Shown here piece by piece: positions 60,688-64,000 of a stretch of 64,000 bases of DNA. Every line of letters begins with the position of its first letter. Positions within the stretch are counted from its first letter, which is position 1. This DNA comes from Candidatus Poribacteria bacterium. GTDB taxonomy: Bacteria > Poribacteria > WGA-4E > WGA-3G. The stretch is from positions 128,001 through 192,000 of the forward strand of contig CBDBFU010000007.1 of assembly GCA_965205025.1 (NCBI GenBank), in the 5' to 3' direction. The translations under genes were made by a program, and so were the position numbers. The notes under the pieces were generated by a model. The model searched no databases, was not told the DNA's origin, and was given only the letters and a program-made list of their open reading frames with translations.

Positions 60688-61371
60688 TTATACATTATTA
60701 AGTGCACTACGGCTTTTTAATAGCCAAATGATAATAGAAATAGAAATTGCTATTCCAAAACCAAAGAGGAATAACCGAGTATGAATAGAGATTTTGTCTC
60801 CCAAGAATGTGTACACGGCAGTAGCTGGGAGTTGACCTATACCAGTGGCTACCCAAAAACCTATAAAACGCATCCGCGTTAATCCTGCTACATAACTCAC
60901 AACATCAAAAGGAATGTAAGGGAGCAACCGTGCTATAAGAATTGCATGACTACCGTATTTTTTCAGGAATTCGTCAGTTTTATCAACTAAAGGTTGGCTA
61001 AGAAAACGATCAACATGCTTTGCACCAAGAAACCGCGCAATGTAAAAACAGATCGCTGCTCCAAGCATCGCACTACTCCAAGATAGCAACATTCCCCAAC
61101 AAAATCCAAACAGTGCTCCATTTGCTACTGTTATGAAGAACGCCGGCAAAGGTACAATTGCTATTATACTTTGAAAAATCATAAGGAATGCGGAGATAAG
61201 TGGGGCAAATATTCCATACTGCGATATGTAATCACGCGCAGAATCAATGCTTTTGAAGGCAGCAACGAGTTCTATGATAAATAAGCTAACTTCTTTATAG
61301 AATACAATCAGACAAATGGATACAACACAGATGAGGAGAATAAGGATAAATCGTAAATAGTGTCTAAACAT
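60688..61371 (-). CDS. TVP38/TMEM64 (VTT/DedA-like) membrane protein
   Basis: PLPAFFITVANGALFG; ARLLPYIPFDVVSY.AG. Confidence 0.88.
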   Translation of the reverse strand: MFRHYLRFILILLICVVSICLIVFYKEVSLFIIELVAAFKSIDSARDYISQYGIFAPLISAFLMIFQSIIAIVPLPAFFITVANGALFGFCWGMLLSWSSAMLGAAICFYIARFLGAKHVDRFLSQPLVDKTDEFLKKYGSHAILIARLLPYIPFDVVSYVAGLTRMRFIGFWVATGIGQLPATAVYTFLGDKISIHTRLFLFGFGIAISISIIIWLLKSRSALNNV

Positions 61372-62302
61372 TTTGAATCGCTTTGATCAAAGCCTGATTC
61401 ATCCGATTACGAAGTGTTTCCTGCTTTTCCTCTGTCCATTCATAGAATCCCTCACCCGATTTTACACCGAGTTTACCAGACGAAACCATTTCTTGTAGAA
61501 GAGGATTAATATCTGATGAACTATTCAGATCTTTGTAAAGTTCCTCAAATGCAGCAACCACCAAATCCCACCCCGCAAGTTCGAATACTTCAAAAGGTCC
61601 AGCCACACTAAGCCGTCTCCCGAAACTATTTCGCACAACAAGGTCAACAGTTTCTGCACTTGCTATACCTTGTTCGACTATTGAGAACGCCTCTCGAATA
61701 AGTGCCGCCTGCAGCCTCGGTCCGACAAAACCAAGTGCTTCCTTTTCAATAATTGCTGGTGTCTTGCCTATTGATGTAAGTAAATCGAAAGTAGCTGAAA
61801 CCGTTTCGTCAGATGTGTTTGAACTACGGATGATCTCAACAAGTGGAATAAGATAGGGAGGGTTAAAATAGTGTGTGTTGAGAATTTTATCTGTACGGTT
61901 CGTATTTTCACCAATCTGACTCGGCATCAGAGCAGTTGTATTGCTGGCTAAAATGGTATGTGGAGGACAGATATTATCTAATTCCTTAAAAATCTGCTGT
62001 TTTAAGGGTAAGTTTTCGCTGACTGCCTCAACAACAAAATCTGCATTTTCCACTGCAATTTTCAGATCAGTCGTTGTATGAATATGCTGCAATGTTTCTG
62101 GGATGTGGTCTTTATCAATGATGTCATTTTCTGCGAGCATCCTAAGATTGTTCTCGATTTGTATACGAGCACTGCTTAATTGTTCTTCGGTAATGTCGTG
62201 CAGTTGAACACGGTAACCTGCGGAGGCAAATTCTTGCGCGATACCGTGTCCCATCAGACCGGCACCGATAACTGCGATGTGTTCGATTTTACTATGTTTC
62301 AT
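61364..62302 (-). CDS. 3-hydroxyacyl-CoA dehydrogenase family protein
   Basis: VIGAGLMGHGIA, EAVSENL, LASNT, HYFNPP, GKLGVKSGEGFY. Confidence 0.92.
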   Translation of the reverse strand: MKHSKIEHIAVIGAGLMGHGIAQEFASAGYRVQLHDITEEQLSSARIQIENNLRMLAENDIIDKDHIPETLQHIHTTTDLKIAVENADFVVEAVSENLPLKQQIFKELDNICPPHTILASNTTALMPSQIGENTNRTDKILNTHYFNPPYLIPLVEIIRSSNTSDETVSATFDLLTSIGKTPAIIEKEALGFVGPRLQAALIREAFSIVEQGIASAETVDLVVRNSFGRRLSVAGPFEVFELAGWDLVVAAFEELYKDLNSSSDINPLLQEMVSSGKLGVKSGEGFYEWTEEKQETLRNRMNQALIKAIQNV

Positions 62303-62418
62303 ATATGGTTAATAAAGGTAGTTGTTATATTAGAATATACTATAATTTGGATAGTTTTTTAAAGTTTTCAGGTTGGTCTTGATTAACAGAACTGGTCATA
62401 TCAATGTTATCCTATGGA

Positions 62419-62730
62419 TACACCTTTCGCCCCTCTGGGGCTTGATCGGTGGAGTTACACCGTTTTCTACAAACCTTTCGCCCCGCTGGGGCTTAGTGTT
62501 TAGGATTTGTACGTTTTCTATACACCTTTCGCCCCTCTGGGGCTTGATCGGTGGAGTTACACCGTTTTCTACAAACCTTTCGCCCCGCTGGGGCTTAGTG
62601 TTTAGGATTTGTACGTTTTCTATACACCTTTCGCCCCTCTGGGGCTTGATCGGTGGAGTTACACCGTTTTCTACAAACCTTTCGCCCCGCGAATCAACGG
62701 TATGAATGCGCGTATGGCATTCCCCGGGGC
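62419..62730. repeat. Tandem REP array (BIME-like): 102-bp unit, six CCTTTCGCCCC-N3-GGGGC hairpins, two alternating linkers
   Basis: Units start at 62419, 62521 and 62623; MITE-type left end at 62338. Confidence 0.85.
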
Positions 62731-62774
62731 TGTTCTTATTTGTATATGACAGATTTTCTACAAGTTAATACCCT

Positions 62775-62995
62775 TACTATTGTTTGGACATATTCTGAGA
62801 GGTGCTTCACCTATTTCTAATTGTTTCTGGTTTTTTGCCACATTTCTAACGTCAATCCAAAGTCAGAGAAATAACTCGGATGGACTAAAGTGTAGCCCCA
62901 GCGGGGCGAAATGTGTGTAGAAAGGCCATACCTCCCAAGGTCTAAGCCCCAGCGGGGCGAAATGTGTATCGCTTAAATCTGTCCAAACTATAGTA
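62775..62995. mobile_element. MITE with TACTA..TTTGGACA / TGTCCAAACTATAGTA ends and a REP pair
   Basis: Same family as 15548-15769 and 11339-11439. Confidence 0.75.
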
Positions 62996-63013
62996 GAATA
63001 TAGAATTTTGTGG

Positions 63014-63715
63014 TTAATCCTTATACAATTTACTCCCAATAATGACAGTGAATTCACCCCGTGCTTCCGTTGAACGAAACTTCTCTAAAGCTTGTGTTGT
63101 CTTACCACGGAAAATCTCCTCATATCGTTTTGTAAGTTCACGTGCAATAACAATATCTCGTTCACCCATCACCTCACTAACATCTTCCAGTAAACGGCAA
63201 ATCCGATGGGGTGATTCAAACAAAACTATTGTCCGTTCTTCATCTGCAAGGTTTGTTAATTGACGTTTGCGTTTTCCAGACTTTGGTGATAGGAAACCCT
63301 CAAAGGTAAAGTTATGGAGTGGTAGTCCTGAGACAGTTGCAGCAGCAAGAATTGCGGATGCCCCCGGTATCGGCACGATAGATACATCGGCTTTGATACA
63401 TTCTTGTAGAAGCGGGTATCCTGGATCGGATATAGTCGGAGTTCCAGCATCTGATACCAGGGCAATAGATTCACCATCTTTTAGCCGTGCAATAAGTTTT
63501 TCAGATTTCGCGTGTTGATTTCCCTCAAAATAACTGGTAACAGATGTGTCAATTTCATAATGTGTTAGCAAGCGACGGGTTATTCGTGTATCTTCAGCTG
63601 CGATTAGGTCTACCTCTTTGAGAATACGGATGGCCCGTAAGGTGATATCTTCTAAATTACCGATGGGTGTACTGACGAGATATAGTGTTCCGAAATCTGA
63701 TTCAGTTGAAGGCAT
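63014..63715 (-). CDS. rsmI: 16S rRNA (cytidine1402-2'-O)-methyltransferase
   Basis: LYLVSTPIGNLEDIT, AAEDTR, VSDAGTP.ISDPG, FESPHR, ARELTK. Start taken as ATG 63715 because the longer start lies in a MITE. Confidence 0.95.
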   Translation of the reverse strand: MPSTESDFGTLYLVSTPIGNLEDITLRAIRILKEVDLIAAEDTRITRRLLTHYEIDTSVTSYFEGNQHAKSEKLIARLKDGESIALVSDAGTPTISDPGYPLLQECIKADVSIVPIPGASAILAAATVSGLPLHNFTFEGFLSPKSGKRKRQLTNLADEERTIVLFESPHRICRLLEDVSEVMGERDIVIARELTKRYEEIFRGKTTQALEKFRSTEARGEFTVIIGSKLYKD

Positions 63716-63736
63716 TGATTTATAGACAATTTGATA

Positions 63737-63849
63737 TATAGTGAACAAAAAAGTTAATACTACTTTTTCTATTGATTCAACATACGTTTGCGTCCCACAC
63801 CTCTTCTGTAGGAGCGACCTCCTGGTCGCGACCGGGAGGTCGCTCCTAC
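63737..63849. mobile_element. GTAG-REP MITE, copy 3 (right end missing)
   Basis: Matches 6772-6890. Confidence 0.7.
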
Positions 63850-63947
63850 TCTATATGCTTTTGACAGGAATTAAAGGTAGTCAAGTAAAGTTGATTGAGA
63901 TAGTATTTTAGCAGAGAAATAGTCATTATGCAAGTAGCGGAGACCGA

Positions 63948-64000
63948 CAGGGTGTGTAAAGTTTTTGTCACTAACATTATGCTGCTATTGCATCTGGATA
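63948..64000 (+). repeat. Non-coding element family A, start of another copy (runs off the window)
   Basis: GGGTGTGTAAAGTTTTTGTCACTAACATTATGCTGCTATTGCATCTGGATA matches 57208-57259. Confidence 0.75.

Noticed and set aside
62373-62705. 110-aa repetitive ORF
   Set aside because: It is a by-product of the 102-bp DNA repeat, with no RBS or domain support.
62419-62730. CRISPR-like array
   Set aside because: The linkers repeat identically (A/B/A/B), the hairpin is a dispersed REP found elsewhere in the window, and there are no cas genes.

Overview
This is an AT-rich bacterial window, most likely from Candidatus Poribacteria (sponge symbiont). That assignment is inferred from the BMC shell/PduL genes, several PhyH-type dioxygenases, secreted WD40/TPR proteins and a LamG protein ending in a 'KLxxTWGxxK' motif. 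From left to right it holds: a partial di-heme oxidoreductase, a 1127-aa degenerate prim-pol/helicase-like protein and two sugar-catabolic genes. Next comes a ~7.9-kb low-GC defence-like segment (DUF4411 PIN, HTH-ImmA/IrrE, PD-(D/E)XK nuclease, DNA methyltransferase-Mrr fusion) bracketed by inverted copies of a 35-bp palindromic motif, then a frameshifted msrP and a serpin. A long plus-strand cluster follows (peptidase, phosphoesterase, TPR, BMC-H, PduL, flavoprotein, secreted low-complexity protein, Wzz-like protein, large acidic outer-membrane lipoprotein, ExbB-ExbD-ExbD). The right half has gltB, ggt, a glycogen cluster (GT3-like synthase, glgP, hisB, glgC), paralogous PhyH and GspC-like pairs, and rsmI. 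Intergenic DNA is full of non-autonomous MITE/REP families, some nested. No transposase, integrase, tRNA, rRNA or CRISPR array was recognised. All family assignments are from motif recognition by eye, not database searches.
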